Origin: Polyangiales bacterium
GTDB lineage: Bacteria; Myxococcota_A; Polyangia; Polyangiales; Polyangiaceae
DNA length: 27,817 nucleotides
NCBI GenBank assembly: GCA_038231275.1
Contig: JBBRLQ010000057.1
Location: 1 to 27,817 of the forward strand
Reading direction: 5' to 3'
Below, piece by piece: positions 8,846 through 18,268 of this stretch. A program made the position numbers and the translations under genes. Below the pieces are notes generated by a model. It made no database searches, had not been told where the DNA came from, and worked only from the letters and a program-made list of their open reading frames with translations. Within the stretch, counting starts at the first letter, position 1. Every line of letters starts with the position of its first letter.

Positions 8846-9709
8846 TTAGTTGAGGTACCGCTTGTCCTTCGGCGGCTTGCGCTTTTTGAGCTCGTCCTCG
8901 AGGCCGCCGTACACCACGCGAAGGGGAGGCCCACCGCCGCGCGTCGTCCGCGACGGACGCGGCGAGCTCGGACGATCGGGCGGCGACGCCTTCTTGCGCA
9001 GGACGGCCAGCTTCGCGCGGAGGTAGAGCGTACGCGCGACCGACGGGGTTCCGCCGAGGATTAGGCCGGTGATGATTCCACCGAAGGGAGCGACGACACC
9101 CGCGTCGTGCTGGCGATCCCAATAGACCACGCCGAGCACCGCGTAGACGACCGCCAGCCAGAAGAACCAGCTCCCCTTCACCGGCAGTACGAAAAACAGC
9201 CGCACGACCGAGTCCGCGTTCTGACGTGACCACGCGACCATGGTGGCGGTGATCGCCGCGCCCGCTCCGAACATCATGTGCGGGTGGAAGATCTCGAGGT
9301 GTGGAGGCGCGAGCAGATCGATCGTGAAGCCCAGGAGAAACCCGACGAAGATGCTCGTCCCGATGAACCGCAAGAAACGCTTCGGGCCCCAACGCTTCTC
9401 GAGATCCGGCGAGAAGAAGTAGAGGCCGATGAGCGTGTAGAGGAGATCCTGAACCGCGCCGTCGCCGCTCGGCCTCGTGAAGAGCCCCGCGGTGAGCAGC
9501 GTCCAGACCCTGGGAATGCCGCCGGTGAGGCCGTCACGCGAGCACGCGACCCAGTAGAACACCTCGACGCCGCTGCGCCCGCCGGGGGCCCAGTTGACGA
9601 CGATTGCCGCGAGGATCGACAGCGCCGCGATCGTGACGAGCAGAATCTTCAGCGCCTTGCCCGGGCGGGGAAACATCCCGCTCATGTCCTGAAAGGGGCG
9701 CTGATCCAT
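8846..9709 (-). CDS. Rhomboid-family membrane protein, apparently lacking the catalytic dyad
   Basis: VWTLLTA, LEKRWGPKRFL and LFFVLPVK match the rhomboid layout; about six hydrophobic segments; basic C-terminal tail. GASG reads GAGA and AHLGG reads APFGG. Alternative start GTG 9760. Confidence 0.78.
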   Translation of the reverse strand: MDQRPFQDMSGMFPRPGKALKILLVTIAALSILAAIVVNWAPGGRSGVEVFYWVACSRDGLTGGIPRVWTLLTAGLFTRPSGDGAVQDLLYTLIGLYFFSPDLEKRWGPKRFLRFIGTSIFVGFLLGFTIDLLAPPHLEIFHPHMMFGAGAAITATMVAWSRQNADSVVRLFFVLPVKGSWFFWLAVVYAVLGVVYWDRQHDAGVVAPFGGIITGLILGGTPSVARTLYLRAKLAVLRKKASPPDRPSSPRPSRTTRGGGPPLRVVYGGLEDELKKRKPPKDKRYLN

Positions 9710-9802
9710 GTCTATCAACTCTAGGGGTGCGACCGAGGCCCCGCAAGGCGCCTCCGTCACTCGTGCACCGGATGAGCCAGGCCCGCGTCGCGTCGGAGGA
9801 CG

Positions 9803-10627
9803 CTACGGTACGGCCGGCGTGCAACTCGCCGTTGATTCCAGGCCTGGAATCGTGGACGCGGTGCAGCGAACGGTCCCGACGACCCGCACGCCGGTGGGAT
9901 CGACGAGCTGCAAGTCGAGCGTGTAGGTGGCGGGCGCCGCGGCCGGCGTCACGACCAGCGCGTCGGGACAGTCGACCTGCGAGAGCTCCCCGGCGACGCC
10001 GCCCACCGAGTAGAACGCCTGCACCTTGGTGTAGTCCTTCGGCTTGCCTTGCGCGTCCTTGCACGCGAGCGTGGTGCCGATCGTGGTCGAGAACTGCGTC
10101 GTGGGGATGCGTATGGACGCGGGACCGCCGGAGCGGAGCGGATTGCATACCGCGAGGACCTCGACGTCCTGCTGCTGCGTCGCGCGGCACGAGGTGCGGT
10201 AGGTCGGCTGGAATTTCTGGAGCTGCGTCCAGTCGGTGACCGCCAGATCGAGCCCCCTCGCGCGCTGCGCGAGGTACGACTCCTGGCTGAACGCGAAGAT
10301 CTCCACCGTGAACGAGAGCGTGCCGTCGGGACCGGCGACGAGGTTCGCGAACTTCGCGTCGGCGTAGCACTCCGAGAGCGTGCCGACACCGGTGGCGCCG
10401 ACCGTGAGCGTCTGGTTGCCTTGCGTGACGACCGCGGCGTACTTGAAGACCTGGTCGCCGCGCGTGCCGCACCCAATCCCGCTGACCAGCGCGTCGGAGC
10501 GTACGAGGACGCCCGTGATTGGCGTGTACGCGGTCGTCGTCGCCGCCGTGCCGGCGCACGCGGCCAGCACCGCGACCGTGATCGCCAGCGCGAGCCGAGC
10601 CAAGACCGCCACCTTCCGACGCTTCAC
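9803..10627 (-). CDS. Putative lipoprotein of unknown function
   Basis: GTG 10627 gives MKRRK + hydrophobic core + lipobox LAA-C; beta-rich mature region with several Cys. Divergent from tolQ. Confidence 0.7.
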   Translation of the reverse strand: MKRRKVAVLARLALAITVAVLAACAGTAATTTAYTPITGVLVRSDALVSGIGCGTRGDQVFKYAAVVTQGNQTLTVGATGVGTLSECYADAKFANLVAGPDGTLSFTVEIFAFSQESYLAQRARGLDLAVTDWTQLQKFQPTYRTSCRATQQQDVEVLAVCNPLRSGGPASIRIPTTQFSTTIGTTLACKDAQGKPKDYTKVQAFYSVGGVAGELSQVDCPDALVVTPAAAPATYTLDLQLVDPTGVRVVGTVRCTASTIPGLESTASCTPAVP

Positions 10628-10770
10628 GCGCGGGACAATTGCCGATTTCGCGAGGCCGCACAAGTCCTCAATAGGGGCCCTCAATCGGGCCGCCGTGGCG
10701 CCGATCCCTGCCATGAGCTTTGACATCGCGGCCGGGTAGGGGGGATAAGGCGGGCCGGGAGATCCCTCGC

Positions 10771-11478
10771 ATGTCGCTCGCCCTTTTCCAGGCCGCCGTT
10801 GGCGCGACCGATCCGCCGCGCCTCGACCCCGTGCAGCTCGTCCTCGGGGCGTCGCTGCCGGTAAAAATCGTCATCATCCTCCTCGTCGCATTCTCGCTGA
10901 TGTGTTGGCTGGTCATCGGCCTCAAGGCGCTCCACCTCTCGCGCGCGAACGCGGAGAGCACGCGCTTCGTGAAGGCGTTCGACGGTGCCGACGACTTCGA
11001 GCACCTCGCGAAGGATCTCGCGGCCTACCGCGGGTCGCCATTCGCGCGCATCTTCGCGACCGGGTACGACGAGATGGTCCGCGTCTCGCGCGGCGCTCGA
11101 AAAGAGCTGACCGACGCGCAAGGCACGCACGTCGAAACCGCCACGCGCCGCGCCGCCGCCGAAGAGATCACCCACCTCGAGTCGTGGATGAACCTGCTCG
11201 GCACGATCGGCTCGACGGCGCCGTTCATCGGCCTCTTCGGCACCGTCTACGGGATCATGGACGCGTTCCTCAGCATCGGAAACCAGCAGAGCGCAAACCT
11301 CCCGGTCGTCGCGCCGAAGATCGCCGAGGCCCTCATCGCCACCGCCATCGGCCTCGTCGCCGCGATCCCGGCGGTCATGGCGTACAACTATTTCGCGCGC
11401 AAGGTCGGCATCCTCGCCGACACCATGGACGGCTTCGCGTCCGACGTCGCCGCGCGCGCCAAGCTCGGGGGCCTCTGA
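10771..11478 (+). CDS. tolQ: TolQ (MotA/TolQ/ExbB proton channel)
   Basis: GSTAPFIGLFGTVYGIM and IAEALIATAIGLVAAIPAVMAYN; first gene of a tolQRAB-like cluster. Confidence 0.92.
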   Translation: MSLALFQAAVGATDPPRLDPVQLVLGASLPVKIVIILLVAFSLMCWLVIGLKALHLSRANAESTRFVKAFDGADDFEHLAKDLAAYRGSPFARIFATGYDEMVRVSRGARKELTDAQGTHVETATRRAAAEEITHLESWMNLLGTIGSTAPFIGLFGTVYGIMDAFLSIGNQQSANLPVVAPKIAEALIATAIGLVAAIPAVMAYNYFARKVGILADTMDGFASDVAARAKLGGL

Positions 11479-11479
11479 C

Positions 11480-11914
11480 ATGGGCATGAGCGCGGCCGCG
11501 GGCGGGGGCCGTCATGGTCGCCGTCGCCTCGGCGGGATGAACGACATCAACGTGACGCCGCTCATCGACGTCATGCTCGTGCTCCTCGTCATCTTCATGG
11601 TGACGGCTCCACTCCTCACGACCGGCGTCCACGTCGACCTGCCGAAGGTGAAGAGCGCCCCGATGCAGACGGACGATTCGAAGCTTTTGGTGATCGTGAC
11701 GAGCGACGAGCACGTCTATCTTGGGAAAGACGAGATCACCGGCGCCGTGGACGACCGCCTCAAGAACAACACGCGCCTCCAGACCGAGAAGGAGCTGTAC
11801 ATTCAAGCGGACGAGAACGTGAAATACGGCGCAGTCTTACGCGTGATGGCCGCGGCCCGCGGGGCCGGGGTCGAGAAGCTGGGCATGGTGACCGACCCCC
11901 TGGTGGTTAAGTAG
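11480..11914 (+). CDS. tolR: TolR (ExbD/TolR family)
   Basis: DINVTPLIDVMLVLLVIFMVTAP with the essential TM Asp, plus IQADENVKYG. Confidence 0.93.
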   Translation: MGMSAAAGGGRHGRRRLGGMNDINVTPLIDVMLVLLVIFMVTAPLLTTGVHVDLPKVKSAPMQTDDSKLLVIVTSDEHVYLGKDEITGAVDDRLKNNTRLQTEKELYIQADENVKYGAVLRVMAAARGAGVEKLGMVTDPLVVK

Positions 11915-11977
11915 GCGTGAGCTGAACCGCGGACGACGGATTCGACGGCAGAGCTTTGACGGACGAAGGGCTTAGGA

Positions 11978-12751
11978 ATGGCGACGGCGTGGCGACCCAA
12001 ATACGAGGGGGACGAGATCGCGCTGGGCGTGTCGCTCGCGATCGCGCTGCACGGCATTCCGATCGCCGTCATCATCCTCTATTCGATCGGCGTCTTCACG
12101 CGCGCGCCGCAGACAGATGAACAACCGTTCGTCGCGAAGCCGGTCATCGCCGCGACGCTGCTGAAGCTCGGCAAGCCGATCGATCCGAGCAAGCTCCCCG
12201 ATCGCATCGTCCCGCGCGCGCGCACGGCGCCCAAGCAGGATCTCCTCGCGTCGACTGACGATCCGATGAAGAAGCACGACGCCGGCGCGCCTCCTCCGCT
12301 CGCGCAGGACTCGGACATCTCGCGCCTCATCGCCAAGAGCGATCCGTTCGCCGAGGACGCGGGCAAGGATCGCCCCGACGAAGGCCACGCGGCCGGCATC
12401 GACGGCGGCACCGAGACCGATCCGAACAAGGTGAAGGCGGGAGACATGTACGCCGCGCTTCTCCGCAAGTTCCTGCAGGACCGCTGGCAGATCCCGACGC
12501 TCATCTCCCAAGGTGAAGCGTCGCGCCTCTGCGTGTCGTACAAGATCACGCTGGATCAGCGCATGCGGATCTTCCACATCCAGACGACGCCCGTGAAGGG
12601 GAGCGGAAACGACTTGTTCGACGAGTCGGCTCGAACGATGCTCCAGAAGCTCATGGACGACAACACTTCGCTCCCGCAGCCACCCCCCGAGGTGGCCGAG
12701 AGCTGGCTCAGGCGCGCGGTCAACTTGAAGCTCGGAGATGGATGCCGATGA
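11978..12751 (+). CDS. TolA/TonB-like energy transducer
   Basis: N-terminal TM with Ser/His (SLAIALHG), Pro/charged linker, TonB/TolA C-domain features (RWQIP, SGNDLFDESA). Lies between tolR and tolB. Confidence 0.8.
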   Translation: MATAWRPKYEGDEIALGVSLAIALHGIPIAVIILYSIGVFTRAPQTDEQPFVAKPVIAATLLKLGKPIDPSKLPDRIVPRARTAPKQDLLASTDDPMKKHDAGAPPPLAQDSDISRLIAKSDPFAEDAGKDRPDEGHAAGIDGGTETDPNKVKAGDMYAALLRKFLQDRWQIPTLISQGEASRLCVSYKITLDQRMRIFHIQTTPVKGSGNDLFDESARTMLQKLMDDNTSLPQPPPEVAESWLRRAVNLKLGDGCR

Positions 12752-14046
12752 AGAAGGCTCTTTCGCTTGTGGGCTTCGGTGTCGCAGGGGTGCTCGTCGC
12801 GTCGTTTCCAGCGACCGCGCAGACGCCGGCGCCGACGGGCAGCGCGCTCCCGACGGCGGCAGGTCCCACCGGAGGCGAGGTGACGACGATCACCGTCCCG
12901 GGCGGCAGCCGCTCGCTCTTCAAGGTCGCGGTCGTGCCGCCGGTCGGCGATCCCGGCGTCGGCCAGACCGTGACCGACACCGCCGGCCGCGACCTCACGC
13001 TCTCGTCGCTCTTTCAGGTCCTCGATCCGAAGAGCTTCACCGCGAACACCGCGGCCGAGGGCAACACGATCGATCCGGCAAGCTGGCGCAACGTCGGTGC
13101 CGAGGGCGTCATCAAGGGCGTCACGTCGATGCGCGGCGCCAACGTGCACCTCGAGATGAAGCTCTTCGTCGTCTCGCGCGGCGCCGCCGAGGTGCTCAAG
13201 AAGGAGTACGACGTCCCCGCGACCGGCGTACGCGGCGCCGTGCACCAGTTCGACAACGAAGTCGTGAAGTGGTTCACCGGCACGCTGGGCTCGTTCGGGA
13301 CGCGCATGGTGTTCTCCGCCACGACCGGGCGCGGGCAGAAGGGCATCTTCTCGATCGAGAGCGACGGGCAGGGCGTCTCGCGCCTCCCCGCGGTGTCGAA
13401 CGTCGCCCTCGCGCCGGCGGTCGGCCCCGGCGGCGTGTACTACGCGGGCGGCCTCGCCGACGGAAGCTACGCGCTCTTCCGCGTCGGCAACCCCGCGGCG
13501 GTCCTTCGCCACGCGGGCCTCATCTTCGGCGTCGCGTTCGGCGGCGGCAAGATGGCGCTCGTCATCTCGCAGAACGGCGTGAGCGACATCTGGACCGGCC
13601 AACCCGATGGCAGCGGCCTCACCAGGGTGACGAACGGCGGCCTCAACACGCACCCTGCGTTCGGCGGCGGCGGGCAGCTCGCCTACGTGTCGAACAGCGG
13701 CGGCAACCCGCAGATCCACGTCGACGGAAAGCGCGTCTCGTGGCGAGGCTCGTACAACATGTCGCCTGTATGGTGCAACGATCCGGAGGGGACCAAGCTG
13801 CTCTTCATGGGCCGTGACGGCGGCACGTGGGACATCTTCAGCGTCGATCCCAGCGGAAGCGCCGCCAGCATGAAGCGCCTCACGCAGGACCAGGGATCGA
13901 ACACGTATCCCGCGTGCGCGCCCGATGGCCGCATGGTCGCGTTCTTCTCGACGCGCGGCGGCCTCTTCACCTCGAACGTCGCCGGCATGAACCAGCAGAA
14001 GATCGCCAGCGTCACCGGCGAGAGCCTCCGCTGGGAAGGCAACTGA
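12748..14046 (+). CDS. tolB: TolB-like periplasmic beta-propeller protein
   Basis: Signal peptide, TolB N-domain features (DLTLSSLFQVLDPKSF, WRNVGAE, FGTRMVF), PD40-like repeats (HPAF, YVSNSGGNPQI, PDGRMVAF). ATGA overlap with the upstream stop. Confidence 0.85.
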   Translation: MKKALSLVGFGVAGVLVASFPATAQTPAPTGSALPTAAGPTGGEVTTITVPGGSRSLFKVAVVPPVGDPGVGQTVTDTAGRDLTLSSLFQVLDPKSFTANTAAEGNTIDPASWRNVGAEGVIKGVTSMRGANVHLEMKLFVVSRGAAEVLKKEYDVPATGVRGAVHQFDNEVVKWFTGTLGSFGTRMVFSATTGRGQKGIFSIESDGQGVSRLPAVSNVALAPAVGPGGVYYAGGLADGSYALFRVGNPAAVLRHAGLIFGVAFGGGKMALVISQNGVSDIWTGQPDGSGLTRVTNGGLNTHPAFGGGGQLAYVSNSGGNPQIHVDGKRVSWRGSYNMSPVWCNDPEGTKLLFMGRDGGTWDIFSVDPSGSAASMKRLTQDQGSNTYPACAPDGRMVAFFSTRGGLFTSNVAGMNQQKIASVTGESLRWEGN

Positions 14047-14054
14047 CGGGCGCG

Positions 14055-14771
14055 ATGCCTCGCGCGGCGCGGGTCAGCGCAATCCTGATGCTCGTCGCGC
14101 TCGCGGCGTGCAAGACGCCAGGGCCCCCCGCCGACGAGTGCAGCGGCGCCGCTCCGGTGTGCTTCGATCTCCTCGCGGCGAACGTCGGCTGCTGCGCGGA
14201 GGCCGGCGTCCCCGCGGAGTGCGGCCCCAAGGACGCGCCGCAGGGCACGCACCTCAAGTGGGTCTGCCCCGGCAAGAGCGTCCGCGCCTCGGACTGCTCG
14301 GCGTACGGCGCGGTGTGCGCCACGCACGTCGATCAGGTCGCGCCCTCGCTCGCGACGCCTCACGCGGTGCCCTTGCCCGGCGATCCGGGCGCGCCGCTTC
14401 CCGCCGGCTGGCTCGACGCGTCGGCCGGCAGCGTGCTCGCCGACGACAGCCAACCCCTCAGCCAGTTCTACACGCTGCGTCGCTACACGACGCGCATCAG
14501 CGGGCCTGACGCGGTGAAGGAGCACGCCGACGTCTACTTCGGCAAAGACCGGCTGACGGAGCGGCGCTACCTCCTCGCGCCGGCGGGCGACTTCCTCCTG
14601 TTCGAGGACGGAGCGAACCGCCTCGCGGTGCATGGCGCGGTGTCCGGCAAGAAGCGCGACGCGACGCCGAAACCTTACGAGCCCTTCACGACCGCCACGT
14701 TCGACGTTCAGAAGAAGACCGTCGTCGTGACCTTCGCGAAGCGCGGGCCGTTGACGGTCCGGCTCCCTTGA
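14055..14771 (+). CDS. Putative Cys-rich lipoprotein, unknown function
   Basis: ATG 8 nt after the tolB stop, lipobox LAA-C, N-terminal Cys cluster; no OmpA/Pal motif visible. Confidence 0.65.
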   Translation: MPRAARVSAILMLVALAACKTPGPPADECSGAAPVCFDLLAANVGCCAEAGVPAECGPKDAPQGTHLKWVCPGKSVRASDCSAYGAVCATHVDQVAPSLATPHAVPLPGDPGAPLPAGWLDASAGSVLADDSQPLSQFYTLRRYTTRISGPDAVKEHADVYFGKDRLTERRYLLAPAGDFLLFEDGANRLAVHGAVSGKKRDATPKPYEPFTTATFDVQKKTVVVTFAKRGPLTVRLP

Positions 14772-15024
14772 GCGCCGGCGGTTTTTAGAGTAATTGCTCT
14801 ACCCGCGCTCGAAGCGCAGCAGTTGCGTTCGGGCACCGCCTGATGGGGCGGATCGCTACAGATCGCGCGTGCGTTCGTGTACTCGCGGTCCGCCGCCGCC
14901 ACGACAGGACCCCACCGAAGCTTGCCCCTATTCCAATTTGGTAGTGCGTTTCCTGTAGAAATCCGGAAACCTGGAACGGGGGTTTCTCCACAGAAAACAT
15001 GAACGTAACCGAAGCGAGCCTTTC

Positions 15025-16644
15025 ATGATCCCTTCCCTTCCATCCGCGCCAGCTTCGTCCCCACGAACCATTTCGCGCGCGCGCACCGCGCGGCTCGGCG
15101 CAGGTCTCGTCACGCTGGTCGCCGGCTTCAGCAGCTGCTCGCCGACGTTCCAGCCGAAGGCCTGCGCGACCGACGGCGACTGCGGGAGCGCGCTCGTCTG
15201 CGTGCAGCAGACCGGACCCGGCGTGTGCAAGTCTCCCGCGGACGCGCCGATCCGCATCGGCATGAGCGCGCCCGTCTCGGGGCCGAGCCAGGATCTCGGC
15301 ACGGAGATGAAGAAGGGCGTGACGCTCGCGTTCGACGCGCAGAACGCCGCCGGCGGCATCCGCGGGCGCCAGCTTCAATTGAACTTCCGCGACGATCAAT
15401 ACGTCCCGTCCGCGGCGGAGCAGGCCGCTCGCGATCTGCTCGACGTTCAACCGCAGCCCGGCGTCACCGCGAAGTGCCCGACCACGACGAACTCGCTCGT
15501 CGCCGGCACCGATCCGGTCGGGTCCTCGGCCCTCACGCGCGGACCGAACGGCGTCATCGCGCTCTTGGGAAACGTCGGCACGCCGACCATGGTGCGCACC
15601 GCGCCGCTCGCCGTCGAGACGCAGAGCCTCTTCTTCGGCGCGTTCACCGGCTCGGCCAAGATGCTGCGCGATGGCGCATCGGGCCCGTGCGGGAAATACA
15701 TCTTCAACGTGCGCGCGAGCTACGGGCAGGAGGCGCGCGCGACGCTCGAGTTCTTCCTGAAGAGCGGTGGTGTGCCCGACTCGGCGCACCTCGTCAGCTT
15801 CGATCAGAACGACACGTTCGGGCAGGCCGGCTACGACGGCCTCGTCAACGCCTGGACCGCGCTGAAGACGGCGCCGCCCCCGAACACCTCCGGCGACCCG
15901 ACCAACCCGATCAAGCGATTTCGCTACACGCGTGACGACCAGACGAGCGTGCCCTCGCAGGTCGCGGCGGCGACGGCGTACCTGGCGTCGCTCGTCGCGT
16001 CGGACAGCGCACCTTCGGTCAACGTCGGCATCTTCATGACGGACACGTACGGGCCCGCGACGACCTTCATCAAGGGCGTGCGCGACTGGCAATACGCCCT
16101 CACCTCGGACGGGGTCACGTACGTGAGCCCCGACGCCGCCAACCGCCTGAAGCTCACGATCAGCAACGTGTCGTTCTCCGGCGCCAACTCTCTCGCGCAG
16201 CGCCTCAAGGACCTGGGGCAGGTGAAGACGCCGACCGGACCGAAGGCCTACAGCGACAGCGTGTTCGTGTCGCAGGTCGTGCCCAACTACCAGAGCGACA
16301 GCAGCGACGCCGTGCGCGATTACAAGAAGGCGCTCGAGGACGCGCGCCTGACGCCGAGCTTCACGTCGCTCGAGGGATACCTGGCCGCGCGCGTCTTCAT
16401 CGCTGGGCTCCTCGCTCATCAGGGGCCGTACACGGCGGAGGCGCTCATCAACACGTTCGAGCACCTGCCGAACCTGGCGCTCGGCCTCGGCGCGAACGCC
16501 GGATTTTCTGCGTGCGGCAACGACGTTTGCAAGACGCAGCACAACTACTCGAAGTCTGTGTGGGGCACGGCGCTGTCGCCGGACGGGACGTTCACCAATC
16601 GCTACTTCTGGACGGACGGAACACCCCTGCAGCTCTTCGAGTAA
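15025..16644 (+). CDS. Periplasmic binding protein type 1 (LivJ/branched-chain ABC SBP-like) lipoprotein
   Basis: Lipobox-like FSS-C, Cys-rich mini-domain, IRIGMSAPVSGP, GGIRGRQLQL..RDDQY, LLGNVGTPT, FNVRASY, SQVVP, SLEGYLAARVF. Confidence 0.85.
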   Translation: MIPSLPSAPASSPRTISRARTARLGAGLVTLVAGFSSCSPTFQPKACATDGDCGSALVCVQQTGPGVCKSPADAPIRIGMSAPVSGPSQDLGTEMKKGVTLAFDAQNAAGGIRGRQLQLNFRDDQYVPSAAEQAARDLLDVQPQPGVTAKCPTTTNSLVAGTDPVGSSALTRGPNGVIALLGNVGTPTMVRTAPLAVETQSLFFGAFTGSAKMLRDGASGPCGKYIFNVRASYGQEARATLEFFLKSGGVPDSAHLVSFDQNDTFGQAGYDGLVNAWTALKTAPPPNTSGDPTNPIKRFRYTRDDQTSVPSQVAAATAYLASLVASDSAPSVNVGIFMTDTYGPATTFIKGVRDWQYALTSDGVTYVSPDAANRLKLTISNVSFSGANSLAQRLKDLGQVKTPTGPKAYSDSVFVSQVVPNYQSDSSDAVRDYKKALEDARLTPSFTSLEGYLAARVFIAGLLAHQGPYTAEALINTFEHLPNLALGLGANAGFSACGNDVCKTQHNYSKSVWGTALSPDGTFTNRYFWTDGTPLQLFE

Positions 16645-16650
16645 TTCCTC

Positions 16651-18258
16651 ATGAGTGAATCTTCCAGTAAAAGCTCCGGCTCTGCCGAGGGCACCGACGC
16701 GAAGACCGAGACGTTCGGGCGGTATGTGCTCTACGCCCCCATCGCGCGCGGGGGCATGGCGACCGTGCACATCGCGCGGCTCGTCGGCGCCGAGGGCTTC
16801 AGCCGGATCGTCGCCGCGAAGCGCTTGCATGAGCAGTACACCGAGGATCCGGACTTCGTGACGATGTTCCTCGACGAGGCTCGCATCTCGTCGAAGCTCC
16901 ATCACCCGAACGTCGTCAGCGTGCTCGACGTCGTCCTGTCTGGGAAGGACATCGTGCTCGTCCAGGAGTACGTGCACGGCGTGCCGCTCGACAAGCTCGT
17001 GAAGGCGAGCCAGACGCGTGGGCTGCAGCTGCCGGTGCCCATCGCCGTGGCCATCGTGGCCGGCACGCTCCTGGGCCTCCACTCCGCGCACGAGACGAAG
17101 GACGAGCTCGGCGAGCCTCTCAACATCGTTCACCGCGACGTGTCGCCGCAGAACGTCATCGTCAGCGCCGATGGCATCCCGCGCCTCCTCGACTTCGGCA
17201 TCGCGAAGGCGCGGTCGAGCGCGCATGTGACCCAAGAGGGCTTCTTCAAGGGGAAGATCACGTACATTCCGCCGGAGCAGCTGCGCGGCGAGCCGCCGGC
17301 CCGCACGACCGACATCTACGCGGCGGGCGTCGTGCTCTGGGAGCTCCTCGTGGGACGCCGCATGCACGCGGGCCGCGGCGAGAGCGAGCTCTTCTCGGCG
17401 GTGCTGAGCGGCTCGCTGCCGACACTCGAAGAAGCGGTCGCCGATCAGCGCGAGACGATGCCACCCGAGCGCTGGGACGCGCTGGCGAAGCTGAGCCCCC
17501 TCGTGATGAAGGCGCTGGCGAAGACCGCGGACCAGCGCTTTCAGACCGCTGAGGCGATGGCGGACGCGCTCCGGGCGACGTTCCCGCCGGCGGCGCCCAA
17601 TGATTTGGCGGCGTGGGTGAGGGATCTCGGCGCCGATTTTCTCGAGGCGCGTCAGCGGGTCATCACCGCCAACGAGGAGAGCTGGCGGACGATGCGGCGC
17701 CTAGGGTCGGGGCCGACCAGCGTGCCCAGCGTCTCGAGCGGCGTCACCTCCGGCATCCAGCCCCTCGCCGGCCTCCGCGACGCGACCCCTTCGCGCGGCG
17801 CCGCGCCGACGATCCCTGACGCCTCCTATCCTCGAGAGGAGCCGCGACCGATGAAGCGAAGTTGGCCTCTCATCTTGCTGCTGCTCCTCTTCGTGTCTGG
17901 AGTCTCGGCGTTCGTCGTGCTGCGCTTTGGGCCCAAGCAGGTGGGACCGACCCCCGAGCCTCCCGTGGGTGCGACCACGGCCGCGGCGCTGCCGCCGATC
18001 TCGCCGCCGGTTCCGCAGCCCGATCCATCCGCGCCCATCGCCGCCGCGGTGCCGAGCACGCCCGACCCGCCGACGCCAAAGCCCGTGCAGGTCGTCGTGC
18101 ACCCGCCCTCGCGGCCTCCTCCTCCTCCGCCGCGCCCTGTCGCGCACCCGCCCTCGCCGCCTCCGACGCCGCCTCCGGCGACGCCCACCCCGTCCAACTG
18201 CAACCCGCCGTACTACTTCGAGGGCACGAAGAAGGTCTTCAAGCCCGGCTGCATCTGA
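16651..18258 (+). CDS. Membrane-anchored Ser/Thr protein kinase (myxobacterial HRDVSPQN type)
   Basis: ARGGMATV, AAK, HRDVSPQN, DFG, GKITYIPPEQ, TM (WPLILLLLLFVSGVSAFVVL), poly-Pro stalk, terminal CNPPYYFEGTKKVFKPGCI. Confidence 0.94.
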   Translation: MSESSSKSSGSAEGTDAKTETFGRYVLYAPIARGGMATVHIARLVGAEGFSRIVAAKRLHEQYTEDPDFVTMFLDEARISSKLHHPNVVSVLDVVLSGKDIVLVQEYVHGVPLDKLVKASQTRGLQLPVPIAVAIVAGTLLGLHSAHETKDELGEPLNIVHRDVSPQNVIVSADGIPRLLDFGIAKARSSAHVTQEGFFKGKITYIPPEQLRGEPPARTTDIYAAGVVLWELLVGRRMHAGRGESELFSAVLSGSLPTLEEAVADQRETMPPERWDALAKLSPLVMKALAKTADQRFQTAEAMADALRATFPPAAPNDLAAWVRDLGADFLEARQRVITANEESWRTMRRLGSGPTSVPSVSSGVTSGIQPLAGLRDATPSRGAAPTIPDASYPREEPRPMKRSWPLILLLLLFVSGVSAFVVLRFGPKQVGPTPEPPVGATTAAALPPISPPVPQPDPSAPIAAAVPSTPDPPTPKPVQVVVHPPSRPPPPPPRPVAHPPSPPPTPPPATPTPSNCNPPYYFEGTKKVFKPGCI

Positions 18259-18268
18259 AGAGGATCCC

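Noticed and set aside
8846..9709. Rhombosortase processing the neighbouring MYXO-CTERM protein
   Set aside because: The catalytic dyad appears absent, and rhombosortases are associated with GlyGly-CTERM rather than MYXO-CTERM.
10771..12751. AglRQS gliding motor or ExbBD-TonB uptake system
   Set aside because: A single TolR-type gene, direct coupling to tolB and no TonB-dependent receptor favour a Tol system.
14785..17367. 860-aa minus-strand ORF and other long antisense ORFs (e.g. 24123-25808, 4339-5628, 19439-20638)
   Set aside because: Shadow frames of well-supported genes, expected at high GC; Arg/Ala/Gly-rich with no recognisable motifs.
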